Below are positions 31,805 through 41,844 of a stretch of DNA of 64,000 nt, one piece after another. Source of the stretch: Flavobacteriales bacterium (GTDB lineage Bacteria; Bacteroidota; Bacteroidia; Flavobacteriales_F; PHOS-HE28); NCBI GenBank assembly GCA_041391845.1, contig JAWKNG010000003.1, positions 235,053 to 299,052 of the forward strand. The letters are read 5' to 3'. The position numbers and the translations under genes were made by a program. The notes below the pieces were generated by a model. The model saw only the letters and a list, made by a program, of their open reading frames with translations. It was not told where the DNA came from and did not search any database. How positions within the stretch are numbered: position 1 is the first letter of the stretch; the number at the start of each line of letters is the position of its first letter.

Positions 31805-34531
31805 ATGTGTCCTTCCTTCCGCACCCTGCTCCTCAGCGCCGCCCTCTCCGCCGCCTCCCTGGCTCAGGCGGTCACGTACTACATCTCGCCGACGGGCAAC
31901 GACGCGAACAGTGGCACCGCTCCCGGCCAGGCCTGGCAGAGCATCGGACGCCTGATGCAGAGCATCTACTCGCTGCAGCCCGGTGATGCCATCCGCTTTG
32001 AGCGGGGTGGCACCTACCGCGGAGAGTTCATCATACCCAGCAGCGGTACCAGCGCGCAGAAGATCACCGTAGGGGCCTATGGAACAGGTGCCCTTCCCGT
32101 GATCAGCGGTAGCGACCTGGTCACCGGCTGGACCCAGCACAGCGGCAACATCTGGCGTGCGCCGGTGAGCGGTACGGTGAAGTACGTGTATGTGAACGGC
32201 CAACCCATGACCCTGGCGCGCTTCCCCAATACCGGCTGGCTGCGGAACGACCAGGGGAGCGGCACGCAGATCACCGACAGCGAGCTGACCCAACCCAACG
32301 GCTACTGGACCGGTGCCACCGCGGTGATCCGCAGCAGCAACTGGAGCTACGATGCCGTACCGGTGAACGCGCACAACGGCACCACCATCTCCTTCCCCAA
32401 CATCTACTTCAACCTGTCGCACTACGAGTGGGGATACTTCCTGTGCAATAAGCTGAGCGAACTGGACAGCCCCGGCGAATGGTACCACGATGCGACCAGC
32501 GGACAGCTCTACCTGTGGGCGCCCGGCAATGCCGACCCCGCCACGCTCACCGTGGAGGCCGGTGTGCGTGAGAAGGGGGTCACCGTGTTCTGGCAGCGCC
32601 AGCATGTGGTGATCAGCGATCTCCAGTTCCAGCACCAACGCCTGGCCGGTATCCGCATCGATGGCGCCGCGCATGTGGAAGTGAACGCCTGCACCTTCCG
32701 AGAGCTCTACCAGGGCATCAGCAGCTACGGCGACAACAACCGCTACCTCAACAACCAGTTCGAGGACACCTACGCCAGCGGTGCCCACCTGATCGACAAC
32801 AACAGCCTGTTCCAGGGCAACACCATGGAACGCATCGCCATGCGCGCCGGCCAGGGCGAGAACAACTGGGGCTACTTCGGTCTGCGCCTCGACGGTGATG
32901 ACAACATCATCCGCAGCAACCGCCTGCAGGACATCGGGTATATCGGCATCTCCATGGACAAGAATTGCCTGGTGGAGAAGAACGTGGTGCGCAATGCCAC
33001 GGCCCTGCTGAACGATGGCGGTGGCATCGCCTTCGATCACGCGGATGGCATGATCATCCAGGACAACGTGGTGCTGGACATCATCGGCAGCCTTGAGAGC
33101 AGCGCACCCGACTTCGAGAACTACCGCCTGATCTCACACGGCATCTACTTCGGGAACACGGCGATCAAGAACACCATCGTACGACGCAACACGGTGGCGC
33201 ACTGCATGGGCAGCGGCATCCACGTGGACCACACCATGGTGTCCATGGGCAACCAGATCGTGAACAACACGCTCTTCAATAATGCCATCCAGCTGAGCGT
33301 ATCGGATTACTCCAACTACAACGGACCTGGCGCCACCCCTCCCTACCACGTACCCAGCTACAATGGCGTGTACACCGGCAACATCCTGTACAGTGTCACC
33401 AAGGACCAGCTTTGCATGAAACAGTACAACGTGTATGCCAATGCACCGGTGGACTTCGGCACCTTCAACAACAACCGCTACTTCAGCCCGTACAATGAAT
33501 TGAGCATCTGGGTACACAACACCTTCAGCGGCCAACAGCAGTTCATGACCCTCGAACAGTGGCGCACCGCACGCAACGAGGATGCCGCCTCCAGCCGCAG
33601 CCCGCTGCGATTGGACGCCTTCGAGGTGACGGAGGAGCTGAGCGACAACCTGCTCGCCAACGGCACCTTCACGAACAACATCACAGGCTGGGGCGGCTGG
33701 CCCACGGAGGCGCAGCTAACGCATGACAACACCTACCTGGACAATGGGGCGATGCGGGTCCTCTTCAACAACAATGCCTCCTACCCCACCTTCACCCTGC
33801 GCAACGACCAGTTCAGCAGCGTGCAGAGCGGCAGCTGGTACCAGTTCGGCTTCAGTACACGCTCCACGATGCAGGGCACGCTCACCGTGGATGTGAAAGG
33901 CCAGACGCAGGTGTCCGGTCCGCAGACCATCTTCCGCCGCGATGTACCCTTCAGCACCGAGCGCCGCGACCTGAGCTTCGTGTTCCAAAGCAACCTCAGC
34001 GACCAGGCCCAGTGCCGCTTCACCAACAGCCATCTGGAAAGTACCTACTGGCTGGACAACGTGAGCCTCAAGCGCGTGAGCGTTGTCCCGGTGGACCCCT
34101 TCGAGCGCCACGTGCTGCTGGTGAACGAGGAGCCCACGGCAGTGACCGTTCCGCTCACCGGTTGCTGGAGCGATGTGACGGGTGAGATGTACAGCCTGGA
34201 GATCGAACTGCCGGCCTACGGATCGAAGATCTTGGTGAAGGAGGAGGATGACCTCTGCCTCATCCACACCGGCGTGGAGGAGACCGCAACTGCAGGCAGC
34301 CTGAGCGTGTTCCCCAACCCGGTGGAGGCCGGTGGCTCCCTGCGCCTGGCCATTGACGGCAACGTGCAGGAAGTGACCCTGAGCGACCTCAACGGCCGCG
34401 TGGTGGAGCGTGCGCAGGATGTGCGCAACGGCCAGGTCGTGTTGCCCGGAGCGCTGGCCAGCGGCGTATACGTGCTCAGCTGCCTTGCCGGCAATGGTGA
34501 GCGCCAGAGCGCACGCGTGGTGGTGCAATGA
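31805..34531 (+). CDS. T9SS-secreted right-handed parallel beta-helix protein (pectate-lyase-like; candidate polysaccharide lyase/hydrolase) with a Por C-terminal sorting domain
   Basis: It has a signal peptide, many NNxxxN/beta-helix rungs (IVNNTLFNNAIQLSV, GIHVDHTMVSMGN), and a C-terminal LSVFPNPVEAGGSLRL...GVYVLSCLAG...RVVVQ typical of a T9SS CTD. Confidence 0.75.
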   Translation: MCPSFRTLLLSAALSAASLAQAVTYYISPTGNDANSGTAPGQAWQSIGRLMQSIYSLQPGDAIRFERGGTYRGEFIIPSSGTSAQKITVGAYGTGALPVISGSDLVTGWTQHSGNIWRAPVSGTVKYVYVNGQPMTLARFPNTGWLRNDQGSGTQITDSELTQPNGYWTGATAVIRSSNWSYDAVPVNAHNGTTISFPNIYFNLSHYEWGYFLCNKLSELDSPGEWYHDATSGQLYLWAPGNADPATLTVEAGVREKGVTVFWQRQHVVISDLQFQHQRLAGIRIDGAAHVEVNACTFRELYQGISSYGDNNRYLNNQFEDTYASGAHLIDNNSLFQGNTMERIAMRAGQGENNWGYFGLRLDGDDNIIRSNRLQDIGYIGISMDKNCLVEKNVVRNATALLNDGGGIAFDHADGMIIQDNVVLDIIGSLESSAPDFENYRLISHGIYFGNTAIKNTIVRRNTVAHCMGSGIHVDHTMVSMGNQIVNNTLFNNAIQLSVSDYSNYNGPGATPPYHVPSYNGVYTGNILYSVTKDQLCMKQYNVYANAPVDFGTFNNNRYFSPYNELSIWVHNTFSGQQQFMTLEQWRTARNEDAASSRSPLRLDAFEVTEELSDNLLANGTFTNNITGWGGWPTEAQLTHDNTYLDNGAMRVLFNNNASYPTFTLRNDQFSSVQSGSWYQFGFSTRSTMQGTLTVDVKGQTQVSGPQTIFRRDVPFSTERRDLSFVFQSNLSDQAQCRFTNSHLESTYWLDNVSLKRVSVVPVDPFERHVLLVNEEPTAVTVPLTGCWSDVTGEMYSLEIELPAYGSKILVKEEDDLCLIHTGVEETATAGSLSVFPNPVEAGGSLRLAIDGNVQEVTLSDLNGRVVERAQDVRNGQVVLPGALASGVYVLSCLAGNGERQSARVVVQ

Positions 34532-35830
34532 TCAGGTGAGGAACGCGCCTTCCAAGGAGCGCTGCCTGCGTGTGATGAACCGCGGATCGATGGCAGCAAG
34601 ACTGAGGATGGTGAAGAAGATGGGGTTCCCCAGATCAATGCCGTAGCAGAAGATGTCGATCTGCCAGATGAACATCAGGTACACCACCGCGGCGAAGAGC
34701 GGCCCTTCCAAGAGACCGGAACGGTACTTCGCCCGGTAGTACTTGAAGGCGAACCACACGCAGAAGTAGTAGAGCACCAAGCCCACCACACCCTGGTCCA
34801 TGGTGATCTCCAGGAAGCTGCTGTGCAGGTGGAAATTGAACGAGTGTTCCTCTCCCCACAGCACCGCCAGGAAGTCCAACATGCGCAGTTCGTACTGTCC
34901 GCGGTAACCCAGACCGAAGAGCCAGCCGGTGCGGTCGTACATCGCCCAGTCGGCCATGCTCTCCCAGATGTACGTACGGCCATTGAAGGTGGTCACGTCC
35001 TCCTTGTCCACCCGCTGCAGGATGGCCACGAAGAAGGGCAGCGAAAGGATCTGATAGATGAGCAGCGCGAAGCTCATCAGGAGCGGCATGGTGAACAGAC
35101 TCACCGTGTACAGGCCTCGTATCACCTTCATGAACTTGAAGAGGAACAGGACCATGAGCACCACGAAGATCATGAACGACAAGCGGCTGTTCACGTTCAC
35201 CATCACCGCCATGTTCACCATGAACAGCGCGGCCAGGATCAGGAAGCGCATCGGCTTCCGCGTAAAGTCCTTCAGGTAGAAGATCAGCATCAGGTTCACG
35301 ATGGACATCACGTGCGACGCGTCGTAGATGCCCCGCATGAACGGCAGGTTGATGCGCCCCTCGAAGCCGTGCACCAAGTTGCGCAGGCCTCCAGCATAGC
35401 CCAATAGATTGAGAAGAATGAAGAAGCCCAGGCCCTTCACCAGCTCCCAGGCCATGTCCCACTCCTCGTTGGCGCGGTTGTAGATCTGCACCACCACCGC
35501 CGCGTTGAACGGCACCAGGAACATGATGCTCATGGAGGTGGTGTTGAGCGGATTGAGCCCAGGGAAGTTCTTCCCGAAAGCCACCCACATGCTGGCCACC
35601 AATGACGTGATGAAGAGCATGCCCACGACGTACACCCGGTTCACCATCACCGTGACCTGCCCGCGCTGGATCATGTCCAGGGCGTAGATGACGAGGATGA
35701 GGATCGAGGGCAGCACACTGAGGATGACCCCTGCACTGAAGTTCGTCTTGAACGTGACGTACGTGCCCAACCCGTAGAACGGGAAGGTGAGCACGAACAA
35801 CAGGTTGACGAGCTTGAGCTTGGAGATCAC
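34532..35830 (-). CDS. O-antigen ligase / Wzy-like polysaccharide polymerase (multi-TM)
   Basis: It has about 10-12 TM helices and a large loop of the Wzy_C type. Confidence 0.6.
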   Translation of the reverse strand: MISKLKLVNLLFVLTFPFYGLGTYVTFKTNFSAGVILSVLPSILILVIYALDMIQRGQVTVMVNRVYVVGMLFITSLVASMWVAFGKNFPGLNPLNTTSMSIMFLVPFNAAVVVQIYNRANEEWDMAWELVKGLGFFILLNLLGYAGGLRNLVHGFEGRINLPFMRGIYDASHVMSIVNLMLIFYLKDFTRKPMRFLILAALFMVNMAVMVNVNSRLSFMIFVVLMVLFLFKFMKVIRGLYTVSLFTMPLLMSFALLIYQILSLPFFVAILQRVDKEDVTTFNGRTYIWESMADWAMYDRTGWLFGLGYRGQYELRMLDFLAVLWGEEHSFNFHLHSSFLEITMDQGVVGLVLYYFCVWFAFKYYRAKYRSGLLEGPLFAAVVYLMFIWQIDIFCYGIDLGNPIFFTILSLAAIDPRFITRRQRSLEGAFLT

Positions 35831-35917
35831 CGCATGGGGCCGTTAGGCCGCGCCGAAGTTAGCGGCAAGCGGTACGTGGACCACCGATCATGCTTCCGCC
35901 ATGCATGCCACGCATGA

Positions 35918-36922
35918 CTAATTAATACCCAACTGCTTTTGCAGCTTGGAGAAGAAGGGTGTAACGGCCTCATCCACCGAGGCGGGCAGCAGGTTCTTGA
36001 TGGCGTTCTTGAACTTGCGGAAGGAGGTGGGCTCGATGTAGCGCTCGAAGTAGGCCATGTCGCGCTCGGCGTCCACCATCATGTTCCAGGGGTGCACCAA
36101 GGGGAACGCGGTCTCGTAGAGGTCCTCCTTGTTGCGCCGGTCCTTCTCGCTCACCGTATGCGTGCCATCCGCACCGAAGCCGATGTTACGGATCATGTTC
36201 ACGTTCGGAATGCACGTCACGCCACGGTTGAGGATGCGCGCCAGGTCCATCTGGTAGTCCCAGGAGCGGATGGTGCCTTCGTATTGTGCCTGGAAGAGCT
36301 TGTAGGCCTCCTTCATTTCCGCCTTCGACAGGAACTGACCCGCGAGGACCCCACTGTCGCGCGCCGCCGGCCAGGCCTTCATCTCCACGTCGTACTTGTT
36401 CCACACGCGCCGCCATCCGGCCCAGCCCCAATAGGCACCGTAGCCATGGGCGGAGTAGTAGTAGCTGTCCTTGTTCTTCACCGGCCACTCGGTCATCAGG
36501 TTGTTGCCCATGATGCACCACACGCGTTCATCGTGGCGATAGCGCTCCAGCAGCTCTTCGCAGTACCAGAAGAAGCTCTGCGAAGGATAGGTGTCGTCCT
36601 CCAGCACGATGCCCTCCTCCTCGTTCTCCCAGAACCAGTCCATGGCCGTGCTCTCGCCCATCATCACACCCAGGTTCCTGTCGCTGAACTTGGTGAAGAG
36701 CTGGCAGTCCCAATCCACCAGCTCCACCAGCGAACGTACCCGCTCACAACGCTCCTTCTCGGCTTCGTTGCGCGCACCATCGCAGGCGAAGTAGAGGCGC
36801 GGCGGCTTGGCCTGGCGGATGGCCTCCATCACCTGCCGCGCACTGTCGTAGCGGTTGAAGGCGATGAACAGCACGGGCGTGCGGAGCGGAGCGGTGGGCT
36901 TGAAGGAGCTCATGTCGATCAA
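35918..36922 (-). CDS. Nucleotide-diphospho-sugar transferase-like protein (HlpA-like glycosyltransferase)
   Basis: Its pattern resembles the family of small glycosyltransferases common in Bacteroidota CPS loci. The identification is tentative. Confidence 0.45.
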   Translation of the reverse strand: MIDMSSFKPTAPLRTPVLFIAFNRYDSARQVMEAIRQAKPPRLYFACDGARNEAEKERCERVRSLVELVDWDCQLFTKFSDRNLGVMMGESTAMDWFWENEEEGIVLEDDTYPSQSFFWYCEELLERYRHDERVWCIMGNNLMTEWPVKNKDSYYYSAHGYGAYWGWAGWRRVWNKYDVEMKAWPAARDSGVLAGQFLSKAEMKEAYKLFQAQYEGTIRSWDYQMDLARILNRGVTCIPNVNMIRNIGFGADGTHTVSEKDRRNKEDLYETAFPLVHPWNMMVDAERDMAYFERYIEPTSFRKFKNAIKNLLPASVDEAVTPFFSKLQKQLGIN

Positions 36923-38226
36923 AAGATGTTCTCGCGGTTGTCCCGATGGTACACTGCGTAGTCGGTGAACATGGAAATGGCGTGGCGCGCAATGGTGCGG
37001 GGAGAAGCGAATTCGTCAACGAACCGATAGAGGAACAACTGCATGCGGTCGTGGTAGCGCACGGAGACGTCCTGAACGATGTTGCCGTAGCGGTCGTAGG
37101 GCAGCACTTCGATGCACCCTGCGGCATGGGCCGTGGGCAACAGCATGTTGCTGCCGTGCACCCCCACCACGATCTGGCTGCGCGCATAAGCTTCGCACCA
37201 CGCCAGCTCGGTGGACTTGTCCATCTTCAGGGTGCGCAGGTCCTTCACCTCAGGACCAAAGCCGCCGGGATCACCAAGACCTACTACGCTGTAGGTGACG
37301 TCCGGCATCGCGGCAGAGATGCGGGCCATGCTGCGCTTGATCAGCCGGTCCTGCGCATGGATGTACCACCGGCCAAGGCTCTTCTTCAAGCCCAGCTTGT
37401 TCAGCACACGGTACATGAACTTCGAGGTGGGGGTGGCGAACCAGAGCCGGTCCTGGCGCGCCACGAAGGTGATGTGCTTGGGGGCGCTCAGGTAATGCTC
37501 CAGCGCGAACGGCTTCACCTTGGTGAACCGCTCGATGTCCATGGTGGCGAATTCGGGATGGGCGTAGCCACGGCCCAGATACACTTCGCTGTAGCGCGGA
37601 AGCTGGTCCTGCACAAAGCGGTCGATGGCCGTATACCAGCCATGGGCCTCGCCCAAGCGCTGATCCACCAGCCACACTTCGGCCACGCCGTCCGGTATCA
37701 ACCATTGGAACATGCGGGGAAGCACGAGGATCAGCCCCAGATCGGGATGCTGGTCGATGTAATGCTGGGCGTTGTACAGCTTCAACAGCACGTGGCCGTA
37801 AAGGAAGTCCAGCGTATTGAGGATGACCACACGATCGCATTGCTTGTGGACGATGCGTTCGACCTTGATCTCCTTGTCCTGCGGGGCCTTGAACGACCGG
37901 ATCAGCGGATCATGGATCCAGGGTTCTCCGTTCGTGGGGTTGTGGAGGCGACCATCGGAAAGGCCAATGGCCATGGGGTTATCCACCGCGAAGCCGACCG
38001 GCAGATCCTGTAGGTAGTGATGTCCGCAGCTGCCACAGGTACGCTCCTGCAGCACATGCACGCCGGGCCAGACCGAACGACCCAGGCTCACCTTTGTGCT
38101 CGCGCATGCAGGGCACGGGAACTCCGCGAAGGGCGCGGGTAGCAGGGGGACAAGGTGGCGGTCCTTCAGCATGGTCAACGGGCCTTGCCGATCTTCCAGA
38201 ACGAGCTGATCGCGATGAACATCCAT
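36919..38226 (-). CDS. Hypothetical protein with an N-terminal Cys4 zinc-ribbon (CPAC..CGSCGHH); possibly a glycosyltransferase. The start may be the ATG at 38172
   Basis: A long ORF inside the polysaccharide operon; no firm domain assignment. Confidence 0.4.
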   Translation of the reverse strand: MDVHRDQLVLEDRQGPLTMLKDRHLVPLLPAPFAEFPCPACASTKVSLGRSVWPGVHVLQERTCGSCGHHYLQDLPVGFAVDNPMAIGLSDGRLHNPTNGEPWIHDPLIRSFKAPQDKEIKVERIVHKQCDRVVILNTLDFLYGHVLLKLYNAQHYIDQHPDLGLILVLPRMFQWLIPDGVAEVWLVDQRLGEAHGWYTAIDRFVQDQLPRYSEVYLGRGYAHPEFATMDIERFTKVKPFALEHYLSAPKHITFVARQDRLWFATPTSKFMYRVLNKLGLKKSLGRWYIHAQDRLIKRSMARISAAMPDVTYSVVGLGDPGGFGPEVKDLRTLKMDKSTELAWCEAYARSQIVVGVHGSNMLLPTAHAAGCIEVLPYDRYGNIVQDVSVRYHDRMQLFLYRFVDEFASPRTIARHAISMFTDYAVYHRDNRENIF

Positions 38227-39494
38227 TTGAAGTTGGCGCGGGTGTCCTTCATCAGCAGGTCCATCAGGAAGATGCTGATGGTGAACGAACCGATCGTGGC
38301 CCAGATGGCGCCGACCGATTTGTACGGTGGGATGAGGAAATAGTTCATCAGGATGTTGGTGCCCGCCCCCACCACCCCCGTGAGAAGTGAGTACTTGAAG
38401 AGGCTCTCATTGGTGATGAAGCTCGACTTGCCCACACCCATGTTGGTGAAGAACAGGCGGATGGCGAACAGGGAAAGCAGCACCCCGGAGGGCCTGAACT
38501 CTTCACCGAACAGCATCACCATCAGCGGTTCGGCCAACAGATACAGCGGCACGGCCGTCACCAGGAACATCAGGAACATCAGCCGATACTGATTGATGAG
38601 GCGGTCCTCGTACTTCTCCCGGCTTTCCGCCTTGGCACGGGTGATGGCCGGCGCCAGGGACTTCTGCACGATCACCGGCAGGAAGCCCATGGCCTCGATC
38701 ATCTTCAGCGCGTTGGAATACTGGCCCACTTCCGCATCCGACGCATCTTCACCCAGGATGGGGCGCAGCATGTCGCCCAGCATCACCTGATCGATCTTGG
38801 CCTGCACGTAAAGCGCCATGCCGAAGATCACCAGGGGCCACGATTCCTTCAGCAGAAAGGCCGCTTCACCCTTGTCGTAGCGCCAGGCGCGCAGTTGGAG
38901 CCCATCATTGCGGTAGGCCAGCAGGTAGCCAAAGGACATTGCCGCGTTCTCCAGCACATATACCCACGCGAACCAGATCAGCGGGGCCTGCCAGTAGACC
39001 AGCGCCACCTTGGCCAGGGCACTGATGAACACCTGTGCCATCTGCACCAGTACCGTGGGCCGCGAGCGAACCTCCGCCATGAAGTGCCAATCCACCACCG
39101 TGAACGGCTTGAGGACCTCGGCACCGGCGATGATGAGCACGAGCATGGCCGTCAGCCCTTCCATCTCCTTCGCCCATGCCGAAATGGCCACGATGGTGAT
39201 GAGAAGCACCGCGCCGATCATGCGGATGACCACCGACGTGCCCAGCAGGGCATTGCGTCGCTGAGGGTCGCGCACCAGCTCGCGCACCACGATCTCGTCC
39301 AGACCCATGGTCGTGAGGGCGAAGAAGATGCCCACGAAGCCGGTGGCATAGTTCAGCTTCCCGAACAGCCCCGGGCCGAGGTAGCGCGCCACCAAAATGC
39401 CGGTGCCCAGCACCACCACCAGGCGAACCATGCGCTCCACGAAGAGCCACGAGGTGTTGGTGAAGTACCGGCGGAAGCCCTCCGAACGGATCAT
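38175..39494 (-). CDS. wzx: Oligosaccharide flippase (polysaccharide biosynthesis protein, MOP/Wzx family)
   Basis: It has 12-14 TM helices and an N-terminal pattern typical of Wzx/RfbX. Confidence 0.75.
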   Translation of the reverse strand: MIRSEGFRRYFTNTSWLFVERMVRLVVVLGTGILVARYLGPGLFGKLNYATGFVGIFFALTTMGLDEIVVRELVRDPQRRNALLGTSVVIRMIGAVLLITIVAISAWAKEMEGLTAMLVLIIAGAEVLKPFTVVDWHFMAEVRSRPTVLVQMAQVFISALAKVALVYWQAPLIWFAWVYVLENAAMSFGYLLAYRNDGLQLRAWRYDKGEAAFLLKESWPLVIFGMALYVQAKIDQVMLGDMLRPILGEDASDAEVGQYSNALKMIEAMGFLPVIVQKSLAPAITRAKAESREKYEDRLINQYRLMFLMFLVTAVPLYLLAEPLMVMLFGEEFRPSGVLLSLFAIRLFFTNMGVGKSSFITNESLFKYSLLTGVVGAGTNILMNYFLIPPYKSVGAIWATIGSFTISIFLMDLLMKDTRANFKWMFIAISSFWKIGKAR

Positions 39495-39501
39495 GCCGTC
39501 C

Positions 39502-41844
39502 TCACTTGGTATAGTATCCGTAGCCCTCGCCGTAGCCCTGGCCGGGCTTCACGTCGTTCAGCAGGAGATCGACATTGGAGATCTTCTTCTCATTGTACAT
39601 CTCCCCAATGAGACGCAATGCGCCCCTGCGCGTCACCCCTTGGCGGACCACGTAAAGCGTGACGTCCACATGCCGCATGAGGATGACGTATTCGCTCACG
39701 AGGCCCATCGGCGAAGCATCGACGATGATCTTGTCATACCGACCGCGCAACTCCCGGAACAGGTCGGCCAGGCGCTCCTGTTCGACAAGCTCGAGCGGGT
39801 TCGGCGGAATGGGGCCCGCCATGATGACCTCAAGACCCGGAATGTTCGTGGGCTGGGGCAGGCGCTGGGCGTCGGCCTCCCCGATCAGGTAGGTGGAGAG
39901 GCCGGGTCCATCCTGCAGTTCGAGCATCTCCGCCACCCGTGGCCGGCGCATATCCGCATCGATCAACAGCGTACGCTTGCCACTGAGCGCCATGATGGTG
40001 GCCATGTTCACCGCACAGAAGGTCTTGCCCTCACCACTGCTGGACGACGTGAAACCGATCACCTGGCGCTGGGTATCGACGTTGAGGTATTGCAGGTTGA
40101 TCCGCGCTGTTCGGAACGATTCCGCAAGCATCGATTTGGGCTCGTCGGGCAGTACCCGCTTGCGCTTGCTGGTGGGGATCATTGCCAGCAGCGGCAGTGG
40201 GCTTAGGCGCTTCAGTTCGTCGGCATCTGCGATGCGGTCGTTGAAGAAGTCGCGCAGGATGACGAAACCCATGGGCAGCAGGAGGCCCAATGCCAGCGCT
40301 CCGCCCAGCACCACCTTCTTGTCCGGGGCCACAGGCCCCAGACCCTGCTGGCGTGCTTCGTCCACCACCACCTTGTCCACCTGGTCGGAGGCGATGGCGA
40401 TACCTGCTTCAGCGCGTTTCTCCATCAAGTAGTTGTACAGGCTCTCGCTCAATTTGAACTTGCGCTCGATGTTGCCCAGTTTACGCTCGTTCTCCGGCAA
40501 CTGGTTGAACTCGTAACCGATGCGCCCAAGCCTCCTGTTGACATCCTGCAGACTGATATCGGCCTGCTGCACGAGGCTCTCTGCCGTCTGTGCCAGGGAG
40601 GATGTCATGTTCTTCAACTTGCGCTCCATGGCGATCACGGTGGGGTTGCTCTTCACCGTGGAGAGGTTCAGCGCGGCCAGGTCGGCGCTGAGCTTGATAA
40701 CGTCAAGCACCAGGTTGTTCAACACGGGATCATCGATACCGGAGGAGGACGGCGCCGGCACGTTGCGGAGGTCCGATGCACTGCGGATCTTCTCCAGCAC
40801 GGATTGGCAATAGCTGCGACGGCGCATCAGCACCGAGCGTTCATCCTCCAACCTGCTGCGCTCCGCGAACAACTGGTCCGAGGTGCCCGTGGCGCTCATC
40901 ATACCTCCGCTTGTGCCCCTGAAACCCTCAATGGAGGTCTCCGCCTGCTTCAGCGAGTCGGCCACCGTGCCGATCTGCTCGTCGATGAAGCTGATGGTCT
41001 TCAAGCCCTTCTGCTGCTGTTTGTAGAGCTCCCCTTCGATGTAGGTCTCCATCAACTTGTTGAGGAAGCGTCGCTCCTTTTGGACCACCTCCCCCTTGCT
41101 GTGCAACACCACGATGTTGCTCTTGTCGCTGAGCGGCTCGGCCAGCACCTTGCCGCGGTACTCGTTCACAAGGCCGTCCAGGTTGCGGATGATGAAGAAG
41201 TGCTCCTTGCCCTTGTACTGGCGGTCCTCCGGAAACTCGATGGTGAACCCCAGGTTCTTCGCTACGAACGGCTCTCCGATCGCCACGGTCTGGTCCACTT
41301 CGTAATCCGGTATGAACTCGTTCATCACCTCCTGCTTCTGTACATTATACAGATGAACGTTCTTCCCTTTGGCCTTCACCCGGTAAGTACCAGCCGCCCG
41401 GTCCACGGAAACGTGCACGGGCAGGTCGGTGACCTGGAGGGCGAGGGTGTCCAGCGTGACATAGAACGGTGGATACTCGAACTTCTCGACCGTGAGGAAG
41501 TTATCCGTCTCGAAATAGCTGATGCCCAGATCGATACGCTTGAGCGTCTTGGTGATATTGGTCCGTGAGGTCAGGACCGATATCTGGTCCTCGATGTCGG
41601 TGCTGCTGCGCAAATAGGACATCCCCTTGATGAACTCCTCCTGCGAGCCACCGAACGAATTCCGGCTTCGTTCGCTCATCAACAGCACCGCCTGGACCGC
41701 ATACTGTTTGGGTGTCGTCTTGATGTAGGCCACCGCCAGCGCAAGGGCCATGGAGGTGGTGATCAGGAACAACCACCACTTGGCGATCAGCTTGCGGAAA
41801 ATGCTCCGCAGATCGATGGTGTCGTTGATCGGCGCTGCACTCAT
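39502..41844 (-). CDS. wzc: Polysaccharide co-polymerase / tyrosine autokinase (Wzc-like chain-length determinant with a C-terminal BY-kinase)
   Basis: It has two TM helices bracketing a periplasmic coiled-coil region, a Walker A motif (SSSGEGKT), and a Tyr-rich C-terminal tail (GYGEGYGYYTK). Confidence 0.85.
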   Translation of the reverse strand: MSAAPINDTIDLRSIFRKLIAKWWLFLITTSMALALAVAYIKTTPKQYAVQAVLLMSERSRNSFGGSQEEFIKGMSYLRSSTDIEDQISVLTSRTNITKTLKRIDLGISYFETDNFLTVEKFEYPPFYVTLDTLALQVTDLPVHVSVDRAAGTYRVKAKGKNVHLYNVQKQEVMNEFIPDYEVDQTVAIGEPFVAKNLGFTIEFPEDRQYKGKEHFFIIRNLDGLVNEYRGKVLAEPLSDKSNIVVLHSKGEVVQKERRFLNKLMETYIEGELYKQQQKGLKTISFIDEQIGTVADSLKQAETSIEGFRGTSGGMMSATGTSDQLFAERSRLEDERSVLMRRRSYCQSVLEKIRSASDLRNVPAPSSSGIDDPVLNNLVLDVIKLSADLAALNLSTVKSNPTVIAMERKLKNMTSSLAQTAESLVQQADISLQDVNRRLGRIGYEFNQLPENERKLGNIERKFKLSESLYNYLMEKRAEAGIAIASDQVDKVVVDEARQQGLGPVAPDKKVVLGGALALGLLLPMGFVILRDFFNDRIADADELKRLSPLPLLAMIPTSKRKRVLPDEPKSMLAESFRTARINLQYLNVDTQRQVIGFTSSSSGEGKTFCAVNMATIMALSGKRTLLIDADMRRPRVAEMLELQDGPGLSTYLIGEADAQRLPQPTNIPGLEVIMAGPIPPNPLELVEQERLADLFRELRGRYDKIIVDASPMGLVSEYVILMRHVDVTLYVVRQGVTRRGALRLIGEMYNEKKISNVDLLLNDVKPGQGYGEGYGYYTK

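Noticed and set aside
30512-33040. 842-aa minus-strand ORF
   Set aside because: Only its last ~370 codons are a real GT4 glycosyltransferase (30512-31630, GTG start). The remainder is the reverse complement of the T9SS beta-helix gene. It has the Ala/Val/Gly/His-rich composition typical of antisense frames in high-GC DNA.
34635-36961. Long ORFs opposite the Wzy-like and GT genes (34635-35588 -, 34823-35407 +, 35939-36961 +)
   Set aside because: Alternative-frame or antisense artefacts. The membrane-protein and GT frames have coherent domain patterns.
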